A stretch of DNA of 64,000 bases from Tubiluchus corallicola (lineage: Eukaryota > Animalia > Priapulida): contig JAQGDQ010000020.1 of assembly GCA_030141605.1 (NCBI GenBank), forward strand, positions 62,001-126,000, read 5' to 3'. Each line of letters starts with the position of its first letter. The first letter of the stretch is position 1. Position numbers and translations under genes: made by a program. Below the pieces are notes generated by a model. It saw nothing but the letters and a program-made list of their open reading frames with translations, was not told where the DNA came from and did not search any database. This document shows positions 45,411 to 58,375 of this stretch, piece after piece.

Positions 45411-46082
45411 TCACTCTCTCCTGAGATTATTTAATCTGGCTTGTAGATCATCATCTGCATCAGGAGTTCCTCCGGCTGCCACAGGCTGTTGTGCTCCTGG
45501 CAGTGTTGATGCTTTCAGTGATCCAGCTGCCTGTGGGAGTGAGGAAAGTTCATCTGTCATTTGCAGACCAAGTTCATCCAATACTTGTGCAACAACAGCG
45601 TCACTTTCTTCTTCATCTTCCTCATCGCCCATTGCATCATCGATTACATCAGCCATCATCTCCTCTTTCATATCCATAATTTCAGACTGCTTTTCAAATT
45701 CCATCATAATCTTTTGAATTTGAGGCAGCTTCATTTGCTTGTTCATATTTGTCATTGCTTTTGTAACACCTTTCATAGCTTGAGCCATGGAATTTGTCGA
45801 TTTCAATGTTTGAATTTTGAGTGACACAGCCTGAATATTTGCTCTCATCAACATAAATTTTTTACAATAACGACGAGTTCGAACCAGGTCCTTTGCCATT
45901 ATTTTAACTGCATCCATTTGTCCTTGCTTAGCCATTTTCTTTATATCAGCTATAATCTTCTTTTCTGATTGTTCCATTTTTGTACGCTCACGGTCTAATT
46001 CTCTCATGGCTTTATTGAGGGCACGCTGGTTTTGCCTCAGCATTTCTTCTGGTGTTTTCCTTCGACCAAATAACCAATCCAT
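45411..46082 (-). CDS. CHMP2A: Charged multivesicular body protein 2A, proximal copy with Ala21
   Basis: Identical protein to 40523-41194 except RALNK versus RTLNK; acceptor at 46120-46121. Confidence 0.97.
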   Translation of the reverse strand: MDWLFGRRKTPEEMLRQNQRALNKAMRELDRERTKMEQSEKKIIADIKKMAKQGQMDAVKIMAKDLVRTRRYCKKFMLMRANIQAVSLKIQTLKSTNSMAQAMKGVTKAMTNMNKQMKLPQIQKIMMEFEKQSEIMDMKEEMMADVIDDAMGDEEDEEESDAVVAQVLDELGLQMTDELSSLPQAAGSLKASTLPGAQQPVAAGGTPDADDDLQARLNNLRRE

Positions 46083-46691
46083 TTTGACAGTGGTAGAAAA
46101 CTTTTACTTGCAAATGTATCTGTAAATATAAAACTATTGGTTACAAACATTCCTACTCAAATGCAAAAGCATGTAAATCAGTTTTCTAAAAGATTATTCT
46201 GCACAACTGATAAAAGTTAAGTATTTAATACATACAAAAATGTGTATCGGAGTGACAGTAAACTTAATTTATACAACACAATTATATCAGCTTAATGGGC
46301 ATGCATATCGTAAACATCGTTGACTTAAGTCGAATATACTTAACTAAAATAAATTGTTGGACTTGTAATTAGCCTTTATTAGAAGGCTCACTAGATGCCA
46401 CAGTCACTGGTTTTGACTTTTGATCCTTTTCTGGTTATACTTGTGGATGTGCTCCCAAATTGCATGCAGTAATGGGATTAACATAAAGGAAAAAACTCAA
46501 AACAAAAATGTGAACCAACTTAGGAAAAAGAGTTGAATTTAAAACTAATGCCCCTTTAGTATTAATAATTTATACTGCCTTTTGCCGATAAAGAAAATAC
46601 ATTATCGAGCACAGTCTTTTATCAATTAAAGGTCCACTGACCCTGGTAGACTTGCTGTTAAAATCCACTACTGACTAGGAAGATACAAATA

Positions 46692-47870
46692 GAGTATATT
46701 CCATTTATAACGAGTTTCAAGGGACTGCCGAAATTTGCTCGCTATAACAGAGTCTCGTTATAGCCGAGGCAAATTGTCCGAGTGAGTGGGTGTGCTATAT
46801 AGAAATGAAACCCATAAGGCTGATATGAAACGATGACATAGCACTTTCTTTTGAGACTGGCATAAGTTTTCTAATGAGTGCCACTGTTCAGCAAATATTT
46901 CATCATGAAAGAGTAAACTCTAAACTCTATTATTTCTATTACAGAGGCAGTATTTTATGCAATAAATACCTGCATAAAAGTACTGAGCGAGTTGTTTTTC
47001 TAAACCACAACTGTCATTCATTGCGACATTTGCAGACATTTGAGTGCTTTGTGTGGGTGTTAACGGCGCAAGAGCCTGGATGTCTGCGTGGGCGGAAAGC
47101 ATAGCTGGTTTTTTTATTTAAATAGCTGTACAGGCTTAGTATAACTGATTATGAGCATTTCATCATGGGCTGAAACATTGCCTAATAATTAACTCTGCAC
47201 TCTAGCAAGCTGGTTTTTTTTTTATTTAAATAGCTGCACAGGCTTAGTATAACTGATTATGAGCATTTCATCATGGGCTGAAACGTTGTCTAATAATTAA
47301 CTCTACACTCCTTTAATTATAAATAAAAGCACTGTGCTATTTTAAAATGGTATTTTTATTAAAAATTAAACTTTGCAAAGTCTCAGAATTATTTATTTTG
47401 CAAAGCAGAACAGCTTTGGTCGTTGTTGTCTGCATCACATTAAATTTGCAACACTTTATTTAAGGAGCTGTCAAGTTGACTGTTTACTGTCATCTGATAG
47501 CTTCCTAACACGTTGACAAACTTGTTGTTTTTCTGACTCATCCTGCTCGCTTCATTCTACCTGCAGTCTATAGGTTATAATTACAGCAGCGTTTGTACTA
47601 AGCTGTTGACTCACCAGCACATCTGAATGATTGTGCTGTACTTGACAGTTGATACACATAACACAGTGTTTTGGAACTCGCGCTCGTTATATGCAGGGTA
47701 AATACAATCATGGGGCCAGAAAATTCCCTGATAATAAGCAATATTTTGTAATATCAGAGCTTGCTGTAAGCACGGTTTAAATACATTATTTAAGACTAAG
47801 ACTTAGCGGGCTTTGGAATTTCCTTGTAATATTCAGAAGCCTTGTTTTAACAGGCTTGTTTTATAAATGG
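46692..47870. mobile_element. Duplicate of the pogo/Tigger-like element
   Basis: Copy of 41804-42982 at +4888. Confidence 0.65.
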
Positions 47871-49169
47871 TATGATAAATTTGTGTTTCGCTAGCATTGA
47901 AACACTTCGAATTTAGTGCCAAGCACACGTCTTGCGAAAAAATAAAAATCGAGGAAAAAAGTGGCGTCCCACTAGGAACCCTCGCTGTACTTATATGTGG
48001 GCAAACTCAAGCAGTAATAGAGAGACTGTGGCACCTGAATGAAAGTATAAACCCTCCTAGAACAATGTGCTTAAGAGTTGCTAGGTTATGCTATAAAGTA
48101 ATGGATTGAGGGACTAAATTAACATCATAGTCACTCTACACTGTGTTACTATAAACTTGTTGTTCCTTGCAATTTAGTAAACTGAAGACTTTGATTCTTA
48201 TAAGTTTATTTGCTATATAAAAAAACTTTTTTAACAGAAAAATCATTACTATATGCACTTCCTGCAGCTGTATGCATACGATAGAAACTGCAAGCAGAAA
48301 GCAGAGAAAAGCATCAGTAGTGTGTGACGTAGTCTTAGGAAAAATACTTGCTAGCATCGATGAATCTTACATTTTGACAGGAAATCCAAAAATGATGTAG
48401 TTTGGTTCATTTGGTTAAGGTGTTGTGTACTTAAAATTTCACATGAATAGTATTAATACTTATGCTAGACTTAAAAATTAAAGAACTGCTTGACGTCCTA
48501 GGTAACTGTCTAGTTTGTCGAGCAGTAGAGCCGGCCCTGGCAGCAACACACTTTTCTTTTTAAGAAAATGCTAGTCTCTAAGAATTATAGAATCAAAAAT
48601 TAAAAAGTAATTTTGCACTTTTTAGTAACAGAAGGACAAGTAACGGAGAGACGAAGTAATTAACATAATTCGTTAATTACTAACAACAAGCAATGTGTAG
48701 TCACTACTTACTTGCAGTTGAGCAGTGGAAAGAGAAAATACAAAAACATCCTTTTATTAGCACAAAATCAGGATGACAAGGAGAAAATTTAAAGAAATGT
48801 GTGGTGCAATAACTTATTATGACACTCCTTATATAAGTAAGTTATTTATTTCCTAAAAATAATATTACAGACTATTTGGTTACATTTTTACAAAGGACTG
48901 AATGTAGTTCACACAATGATACCAAATAAGTAATCTCGCATACCCTATAAATTTAACCATTAAACAAAATTTATGGCGAATCCGCACATAGTACTTACAC
49001 TTAACTTTTAATTTAACTTAATTACCATAAACAGCACAAAATCTAGATTAGTCAAACTACGTAATAATTCTAAAACAAGCAAAAATCACAAAAACGATAA
49101 AATAACTGCATCGATTTCAATTTGCTCTCAAGATGACTAACAGTCAGTCATCAGTCACAAAATAAATAC

Positions 49170-50084
49170 TGTTGGGAGCCGTTTGGACCACTGCGCCAAG
49201 TAGACCAATTGGTCTACTTGGGCTAGCCCAAGTAGGACACTAGAGACAGGTCGTGAATTCAGTCGTTAAGTGTACTGACACCGTCCGTTGTGCTTGTTTA
49301 TGTAATAATAATAATTAAAAACGTTAATACACGTTGAATAATTTATTATACATCTAATAAAATAAAAGAATTTTATTCTGAGCTGGTAGAACGGACAATA
49401 TTAAATTTGGTTTCGATATTAATGTTGTTGAAGTGAAAAAACCCCACTTTTTTGCGAATTCAACATTTGTTTAAGGTATATCATTTTTGATTTTGTCTCA
49501 CTTCACAAACAGGTGATCCGTTTCACTACCTCTTGGGCAAATAATTGTTTTCTTATAAATAAACGTTCTAGCGATCTATGTGTCCTACATGGGCTAGCGA
49601 GCCATGTAGGACAGTGCCCTACATGTTACAATACTACTGATAATATTAAAACTAATTATCCTTGCTTTTCTTAAATGTTAAAAATTACTTTTTGGTGTTG
49701 TGAAGGCTTAGCAGCATCTGTCTCATTTTTAAATTTGCAATTATTTCTGTAATAACTGTGTGCAGAATTTCTCTCTTTAAAGCATTAGATACTAGGTTTA
49801 ATGTTATGATATATTAATGGAGTTAATCATAATGATGAAATTATTGTAAGAAATGCATTTGCAAATTGCCAAGGAATATCCATTTCTAAAAGAAATTTTG
49901 TTTTATGCTTTATTATGTCATAACAATACTTATAAACAATGGTAATATAAACTGGAAACAAGTTTTGCCAGAGCAAGTTTCTCGACAAAAATCGCTAGTG
50001 TCCTACTTGGGCTGCCCATGTAGGACACTACTTTTAGCGCATCAAGTGGTCTACTTGGCGCAGTGGTCCAAACGGCTCCCAACA
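49170..50084. mobile_element. 915-bp non-autonomous TIR element with TGT...ACA ends and 5-bp TSD (Ginger-like)
   Basis: Perfect 38-bp TIRs tgttgggagccgtttggaccactgcgccaagtagacca. AATAC on both flanks (49165-49169, 50085-50089). Internal palindromic gtcctac...gtaggac modules. Confidence 0.88.
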
Positions 50085-50245
50085 AATACAAACTCGGAAG
50101 CTATATGTACAAAGGTACGGTGCTCGCAAAATGGTTAATATTTCTTTTCAATTTGCATTTGTTTCGACGCCTACATATGAGTGCCAGATACTCGGTCTAT
50201 ATGATTTTAATAATTACCTCATACGTAAAAGGTTACTATATAGCT

Positions 50246-50760
50246 TATTTATTTATTTATTTATTTATTTTATTCACACCCAATAGTAAAATACAGTATA
50301 CAATAAAAACAATATATGTAAAACACGTTAGCAAAAAACATACAAATATAATTTACAAGAGTGTGGTAAAGACACAAACAGACGAACTGCCTATTGTGTA
50401 CAAGGATTTTACGCAAGCTAGCTTTATATAAACGACTTTTAAATAACTTAATATTTTGTGCAGTTACGAAGGGCCACCATCAACATATGCAGGCAATGAG
50501 TTCAAAATCGCTACAACTTGATTTGAGAAAAATTAGCCAAATGATACTTTAGCTCTTCGATGCACGAAAAGCTTCACAGAATGATTCTGCCTTGTTCTAT
50601 TGCAAGATAAATTTGGTAAAAAATTTGTCAAAGTCAACATCAACTTCTCTATGAATAATATGATAACATAAAGCTAAATACGTAGCATATGTAGGCTTAC
50701 TCGATACGATACTTAGAAATCCTTTAAACAGGACTGAATGACGTTTTTCTAAGGCTAAGC
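50246..50760 (-). mobile_element. Possible decayed LINE 3' end with (TAAA)n tail
   Basis: (TTTA)n run at 50246-50274 followed by A-rich UTR-like and then degenerate coding-like sequence. No intact motif; extent uncertain. Confidence 0.4.
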
Positions 50761-52965
50761 AGTCAGACCCTGCAAAAGAAAAGTTTTAACGTAGGCTTTA
50801 CAGTTCGAAGACGTATTTTTGCAAAGACTAATGTAAAGTAATTATAAATTTTATCATTTTTTTAAAAAAGTTAAAAGTTATAGAGCCTCAAAAAGTATCA
50901 GTAATGTACCATTTTAATAATAATTATAATAGTGTACGTTTGTAACACCTTAGCAGTTAGCACTGTTTGAATACTGCATTTTCGTACAGCAAATTTTAAT
51001 GTAAATTAACTGAACTAACATTAATAATTAAATTTTAAAATTATAAAATTAGCTTTTTCCAAAACAGCAACGATAAGTTAACAACAACAACTAGTTAACA
51101 ATGACAACGACAACAACAGCAACAACAATAATAATATATAGCAGCATAAGCTGGGTACTTGGGAATTTGATCGTGGATCTCAACACGTACATACATGTCA
51201 TACAGGATTAAAGGCTTTAAATTTACCTGTGCTGTCTTACATTAATTGTGAAAAATCACAAAAGATGGTAGTCAGTAAAGCCAGATAAAAGGTGTTGACG
51301 TATTTAATATTAAAAAAGCAAAAATTAAAAATGGCAGCCGTATATAAATAGGCCTGAATACATCAATGGAACAGGAAGTTATAACATGTCTGCGAGAAAA
51401 GAAGTAAGAAAGTGGAGCATCATGGCATAATAAAATATGATGATACATGTATTATGAATCGGAGTAGCTCGATCTGATGCTGAATGAACTGAGCCTATAA
51501 AAGTAGGGTGGTTATTGTACGACACAACAACAATGATCCTAGTTTAATTTTCAATATGGAGGTGAATTGATAGAAACAAACAATGAAGAAAGTATAAAAA
51601 TGGCAGAAAGTAGCCCCAAAACGTATGATAAAACAGAAAATATCTACGAGCTACTGAGGAGGAATGATGATCTGGGCAGTATGGCTTTTAAGGCAAATAA
51701 CACATTATAAAGAATTAATGTGGTACCGAAGTGTGCTGTTATCTGATAATAAAAGAAGTGCTGAAAGATGCTATTTTGTATAATATTATGTGATTTAAAC
51801 ATTCCCAGAAGTTGGAGGACAGAAATTAGAGAAGTTATAAGTGTGTATGATTTAGGTATAAATTTTGAAAGAATGCAAAGCTTATTGAAGTCACAATAGA
51901 AAAAAGAAATAAAAAAGGAGGTTAAGTGTGTAAAAGCAAATCAAAGCTGCGAAAAAGTGTGAGAATCACTCTTCCGAGCGATTGTACAAGTCTACAACAG
52001 GTGGCGAAGGTTTTTCTGTCATGGCGGCTCACATGCAGAAATTATTATGTTCCTGCCGTATACTATTTGTTTAAATTTAACCAAGAATTGAACAAACTGA
52101 AGTAAATATCGCGTTTTTTTTAAAGAGATAGGATAGTCAAAGATAATATTTTACTAGGTAAAGCTAGTTAAGCTATACTCACTCAAACAACTATCGGTGG
52201 ATGTACGCAACGCGCGGTGGGATGAGTTATACTTTTGTTCCTTTGCGTGAACGCAGCATCGACCTATTTTTGCTATTAAAGCAGCAGCATATATTCCCCT
52301 GTTGACACACGAATAACTGCTGGTTTATGATAGGAAAATATTTTCTTTATAATTTACCGAACTTTTAACCATTTTCAGGTTTTATTAACCAGAAAAATAT
52401 GTTTACATTATCAGTTCTAAGGATGTCTCCCCATAGTAGCATAGCAGGTATATAGTTATATTATAACAGATGTATCAGGCAGAAAATATGCCTAACAAAA
52501 AATATTTTATTATGCGTATGCAGCAACAAAGAAGAGACATGAGATTATGCAAAGTGCGATTAATTATGCAAACCAAACAAAGTGCCAAACTTGCCAAATA
52601 AAAAATATGTTATCAGTGAAAGGTAATGTCACATTCTTTGGCTTTGACTCCATTGTGCAACAGAAGGCACAATAATTTATCACCATTTTAGCAAAGTATT
52701 GGCACAAAAATACGCAAAAATGTCAAGACCTATCAAGAAAGCATGCAATGATAGCAAGAGGGTACACTCTAGCATGGCGGTGCTAACTTTTGCCGGTAAT
52801 AGTACTGTAGCCTACCTACAGATTACTTAGTGATATTATTATCTATGAGGATAAGCAATAAATTGTCTTTTATTATAATGATAAAGATGTCAAAATTAAC
52901 TTCAGTCGTTAATATAATTTATTAAGTAGTAACTTCATACTGTTTAGGTACTGTCCGACTGTAAT

Positions 52966-53643
52966 CAGGGATGTTACTGAAACTGAAATTACAAACCGAA
53001 ACCAAAATTTATGAAATGCAGGAAACCTATACCAAAAGGAAACTGAACCAAAGTCATTTTTGCAGAGCCAACTACTATGAAAACTGAAAAAAATCTGAAA
53101 TAATTAAAACACTTTGTTTTTGCTTGTTTGCTTATATTTCCTTTGGTACAAGCTTGTTGAAGTAGCTAAACAAAAAATCCTAACCAGAAAAGTAGAACAG
53201 TGTTTATGGCTAAAGATCAAAGATCATGAAGCTTCAAAGAAATTGACAAATGTTATTTTGTAAATATTTTGTTGCCTATATTTTGTAATTATAAAATTAA
53301 ACTTGATTTTATTCAAATTACGCTTTTATATTTTGGCTGATTGTGCCTGGAGACCTGAATATCACAGTTGTCAGCCCTGAGATATGCCATGTTGCTGTAA
53401 AAAGCATCTGTAAATGGTTAAAAAGGTTAAATAAATGATATTCACGCTTTATTTGAACTATTTTAGCCAAAATTTGTCAGTGATTTTTAACATCTAGGAC
53501 AAAAAAAGGTAAGCTGGATAAATACTACTAAAACCCTGAAAAATGCTGCCGAAAATTACCGAAAGTTTCGGCTACAAAACTTAATAATTTTCGACAAAAA
53601 CAAAACTGAACCGAAAGTGCAATTATCAGAGGTAACGTCCCTG
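52966..53643. mobile_element. hAT-type MITE (678 bp) upstream of the first METTL6 coding exon
   Basis: TIRs cagggatgttac / gtaacgtccctg; perfect 8-bp TSD ACTGTAAT (52958-52965, 53644-53651); subterminal aaccga/aactga repeats. Confidence 0.9.
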
Positions 53644-53897
53644 ACTGTAATTACTTGTTAGTGATATTATTAGTAGGTCTGAGGATGTGGACAGGTTTTT
53701 TTAAATGAATAAAAAGTGAATAAAAGGTAGAATGTAGTCTTAAGATGCTGTTGGGTATGCTTCATCTTCTCTGCTTGGAAGACTCCACATTGGCATCACT
53801 CCTCTATTTGTTAAACATTGCATTTTTTACTCTCATTCTTTGTTCTTTTCGTAGGTGGTTGATAGCTTCTAATGTGCCATTAGGTATTTGCTATTGA

Positions 53898-56800
53898 ATG
53901 GCTGAACATTTCAAAGAAAACAATATTCCTGCCTTTTTTACTGAGTTGAAGGGCCAGGATTTTCCTAGCAGTGCCAGAGTTTTATCAGAAGCTGAGCTGC
54001 TAAAGCTCAGAAGTGATAAAACCATTGTTTCACAATTCAAGCAGAAAAAACTCGAACAGGATGCTAAACGACACTGGGACATTTTTTACAAAAGAAATTC
54101 TACCAAATTTTTCAAAGACAGACACTGGACAACCAGAGAATTCAAAGAATTACTTGGTCCTTCAAAAAAGGTAGGCAGCCTTCGTAAAAGCTGCACTAAG
54201 CCTATAGAGAGTGTTGTCTTGATAGTGTGATGTCTTTCTGGTAACAAGAGATTCATCAAATTTTTGCTAACTTTGTTGGCAGAAGTCTTGGTTCTTAATA
54301 GTTCATGCACAAACTCATTAGTGTTATAATAAGTATTGTATGTTGCAACATCTTGGTGTAGTTTTTTTTATATAGATAATGTCATTAACATTATTTTTTG
54401 GTCAGGTTTGTAATTAGAGATAAAGGTATAAACAAAATGTGACTTCCTTTAACACAGAGTTTAACCTTATATCTGAAGTTTTAACGTTAAGTACAGTAAG
54501 ATAGTCTTTTAAATCATAGTTGTTTTTAAGTTATGATCTAAAATACATGCTTAATTTTGTGTTTAATTACTTATAATAATCTTCTAAAAGTCCAAAGTAC
54601 TTTTTATATTTAAATATTAGTTTAAAGATTTAATTAGCAGTTGTGCCAATAATGAAGACATTGCAATTTGGTATAATTTTCCGGAGTCGCAAATCTTTTA
54701 TGTGCTTTTCGCTGAAATTTATGAAAGGGAAGACTGCAATATGACATTGCTGCATCGCATTGATAGTAAAACATAAAAACTTGGCAAATTTTGAATTTAC
54801 AATATCAAATTTTAAATTTTTTGTTTGGCTAACATTCACTTTTAACTAGGCTTTCTAGAACTTCGAACTTTGATTTTATAGTTATCTGGGTGTCTGTCAA
54901 TCTTACCTCACGAATCTGAAAAACAGGCATTATTAACGTACAAATTGCTGCAATCATGTCAGTTGGTGTGATATTGAAAAACTAACAAAATTAGGCTTGT
55001 GATGTAATAATTTTTAATGTATTGTAAAGTGTTGTTAAAGCAATATTTGCGCTTGAGATATCTTAGGTCATAAGTGACAGTGAGTTGTGATCCATTTGAT
55101 GTCGTCAATTTTTTATTAGAAAAATAGCTTTTGCTTATAGTTTACTGGAAACAAGATAAATGTAATCTCAGAAAAACATCTGTACAGTAACTAGAAGTGG
55201 TGTTATTTCTTTTTAGGTAGTAATGAATAGTGATCTATTTACTGTTTAGCAGATCATTTTAGATACTAGACAGTAGACACATACATCTATCAGTTTAATT
55301 TTACTAAACAAACAACTTTGTGTGCTAAGTGTGCTAATAATAACAGATCTTTTTGTACATTATTTTCAGGACAATTCTTCTAGGAATTCACTTTTAGAAG
55401 TTGGCTGTGGAGTTGGCAACTTGATATTTCCACTTCTTCAAGATGGGCTAGATTTATTCATCTATGCCTGTGATCTTTCTCCACGAGCTGTTAAATTTGT
55501 CAAGGTAGGTAAAGTACTTGTAATGGTGGTCTATGATTGCTGATTTGAGGATGAAATTGCTAAAGTAGGGATTTATTGTCTAAGTTTCACAATGTCTTAC
55601 ATGAAGGCATCACATCAATACTCAGTAGCCGCTAGACTTATATGGACCTTATTCTTAGCGGTGCCACTCTGGGTGTTATATGAGCTAGAGATCTTGGATG
55701 TTGAGGAAAGGAATCTTAACATTATGTAGATTACTGCAGTATGTTAAAATTACATATCAATTCTTTAAGTAGGCCTATATGTAGCTCATAGATTCTGTTG
55801 ATAAATGAATTATTTTGAGGCATAAAACAAAAGTATTTATAAGAGAGTTAAAGGTTTTGTGTTATTGTATGCTAATGCATGTATAGTTATATAATATGTA
55901 TGTGCATATAATGAGTAATCTTGTAATTAATATCATTTGAAAACTGTTTAAGAGTTTTGAAATAACAAAAAACTTTTACCTCTATAAATTGTGCTTAGTT
56001 GCTGATGTCAACTATCTATACATCATTATTTTGCATTTCAGTAAGCATTAGCTTTAATGATGACTAGCTAAAGTTGCTGCTTCTTTTTGCTACGTGTCCC
56101 ATTCTAATTAATCAGTTCTCTAGAAACAGAGGCTACAGTTTGTGTTAGGTATGACACTATTAGTTTGTAAGCTTTAGGATTCAAGTGGCCTCATAAGTTT
56201 ATTGACCTTAAATAGTCTGTCAAAATCCCACCTCAAGCTGCTTTTTTGAAAACCTGACTCAGACAAGTTGTCCATCGGTGGGAGAAAGTTTTACATTCTG
56301 CTAATTAGCCTTTTTTTTAGGAAAATCCTCTGTATAATGAAGCAAAGATTTATGCATTTGAGTGTGATTTGACATCCACTTCACTAACAGAAGAAATTCC
56401 TGCAAACAGCTTAGATATTATCACAATGATATTTGTGCTATCAGCTATTCACCCCAACAAGATGCTTTCTGTCTTGAAAAATTTATTTCAGGTAAGACCC
56501 TTCTTGCAGTTGAACTTATTGTCTCATTTTGAAAGAAAACTCTCGTTTGGAATACAAATTAGATAGAATGGAAATTAGATAGTTCAAAATATTTTTGTGT
56601 TTTAATGGTAAATGCCTAGTATTCTTTTTTAATGTCTATCTATACTGTATTATGTATTATCTATCCTATAACGTAGTCAGGTGCTAGAAATGGGCTCTTA
56701 GTGGTAAGGTCATCCAGTAGATAAAATTTATGTAAGTGCAAAATACCTGGAAATGTAGTAATTGAAATATAAATTTGAAGCATAACCTGTTACACATGCA

Positions 56801-57680
56801 CCATTTTTTCATTGTAATATAGGGGTAGCTGTTTGTAAATGTTATAAAGACATTTTTATGTAGGTTTTAAAGCCAGGTGGCTGCTTGCTTTTTCGTGATT
56901 ATGGTCTGTATGATTATGCTCAATTGAGATTCAGCTCTGGTCACAAACTAGCCGAGAACTTTTATGTTCGTCAAGATGGTACTCGCGTCTACTATTTTTC
57001 TAAGGGTAATGTATGTAAGGCTTTCATTTTTTATAATGAAGTGTAATATTGATTGTTATGATTTTCCATCATGACACGTCCAAATTCGGTAGCTTGGGTA
57101 AGGTGTGATACCAAAACTTTATGAATGTCAAAGTTTTTCTGACAAAATGCAATTTCCATGATATTAATCCGTATAACTGGCATGTTGTGTGGTATCAGAT
57201 TTCTGGATGTTGTTTTTTTATTTCGTAATCTTAAATTTTATTATACGAAGAATTTAGAAATTCACCACATTTGTCATCATAAACTATATTAGCATCTAGT
57301 CACATGTATTTAGACCTCCCATTTTTATACTTGTAACTTAGCACTCTGTCTGCATAGTCCTGCTGAATAAGCTTAATGAAGTAGGATGATTACTTGATCA
57401 CCTCAGATGTGAAACTAATCGTGAATAGTTAAAGGCTGTTATAGCAAAACATTGCAATGGCACCTTTGTTTATTCAAGTTTATGATTCATTGCAGAAGTT
57501 ATTGCGACCCTGTTTACCTCTGTCAACTTCTTAGAGTCTGTGAATGAATATTTGCTCAGAGAAACCATCAACAAAAAAGAGGGTTTAAGAGTACCACGTG
57601 TCTTCATACAAGGGAAGTTTATTAAACCATCATCAGTGCAGTATTCTAATGAAGATGTGTGCGATGAATTGGGAAGTTGA
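53898..57680 (+). CDS. METTL6: tRNA N3-methylcytidine methyltransferase METTL6; exons 53898-54170, 55370-55504, 56321-56491, 56864-57005, 57496-57680
   Basis: [42 protein letters not shown] (SAM motif I), [56 protein letters not shown]. The WTTREF and VPRVF motifs favour METTL6 over METTL2/8. Exon phases are compatible. Confidence 0.95.
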
Positions 57681-58375
57681 TAAATGTGATTGTTTAGTGA
57701 CATTTAGTAATTAATTTTGTAAGTTTGTTTTTAGTATGATATCAAATGCCTGAACTCTCTGGCTGTGCCAATTGTGTTGACATGTTTCGTCAGCATTCAT
57801 TAATCAGATTACCGTTTGCAATAAGTTTTATTTGTTTGCTACCATACATTTTGTGAATGAATAAAGAAACCCATGGACAAAGAACTATGAGCAACTATAA
57901 ATATTCGCATCAATGAATAAGGGATAGTGAAAAATGATAGGTCAGAACTTTTCAGTAAGTGTTTGTATTTCATTTACTTAATCCAATTATATTCGTACCT
58001 AAAATGTGTCACTTACAGCAGGTAATATTTAAAATTCTGTGTTATAACAATCTTCAAATAAAAATTTAGAACAAAAATTAACAGTAAGTTCATCATCCAT
58101 TAATTTTATTTAACGACTCTTTTAGTCTGCTTGTTTATTCTACTTTACATACCTTTTCAACTATGTTTTAAGACTAAAAATGAGGTTATCGTAACATAAT
58201 TGTCATAACAATCAAAATAACAAAAGTTTCATGTTCCCATCATTGCAGCTACGCTAGCTTAAGTAACACTCGTTTAAATTGCTTCTAACTGAGATTATGT
58301 CAGCATATCACTCACCACTATTCAGTAGTATGTACCTGCTGTCAGCAGTGTTACCTTCTGCATGACATAATGTCC

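Larger units (their letters stand above)
38442..48225. repeat. 4888-bp tandem duplication (38442-43329 and 43330-48217) with TAAAAAAA junction microhomology
   Basis: All ORFs recur at +4888. Only a coding SNP and a homopolymer-edge difference were noticed between copies. Confidence 0.98.

Noticed and set aside
51950-52260. METTL6 promoter or first exon (CpG-richer patch, ATGGCGGC, donor-like AG|GTAAAG near 52158)
   Set aside because: Plausible, but cannot be delimited without transcript data, so it is not reported as a feature.
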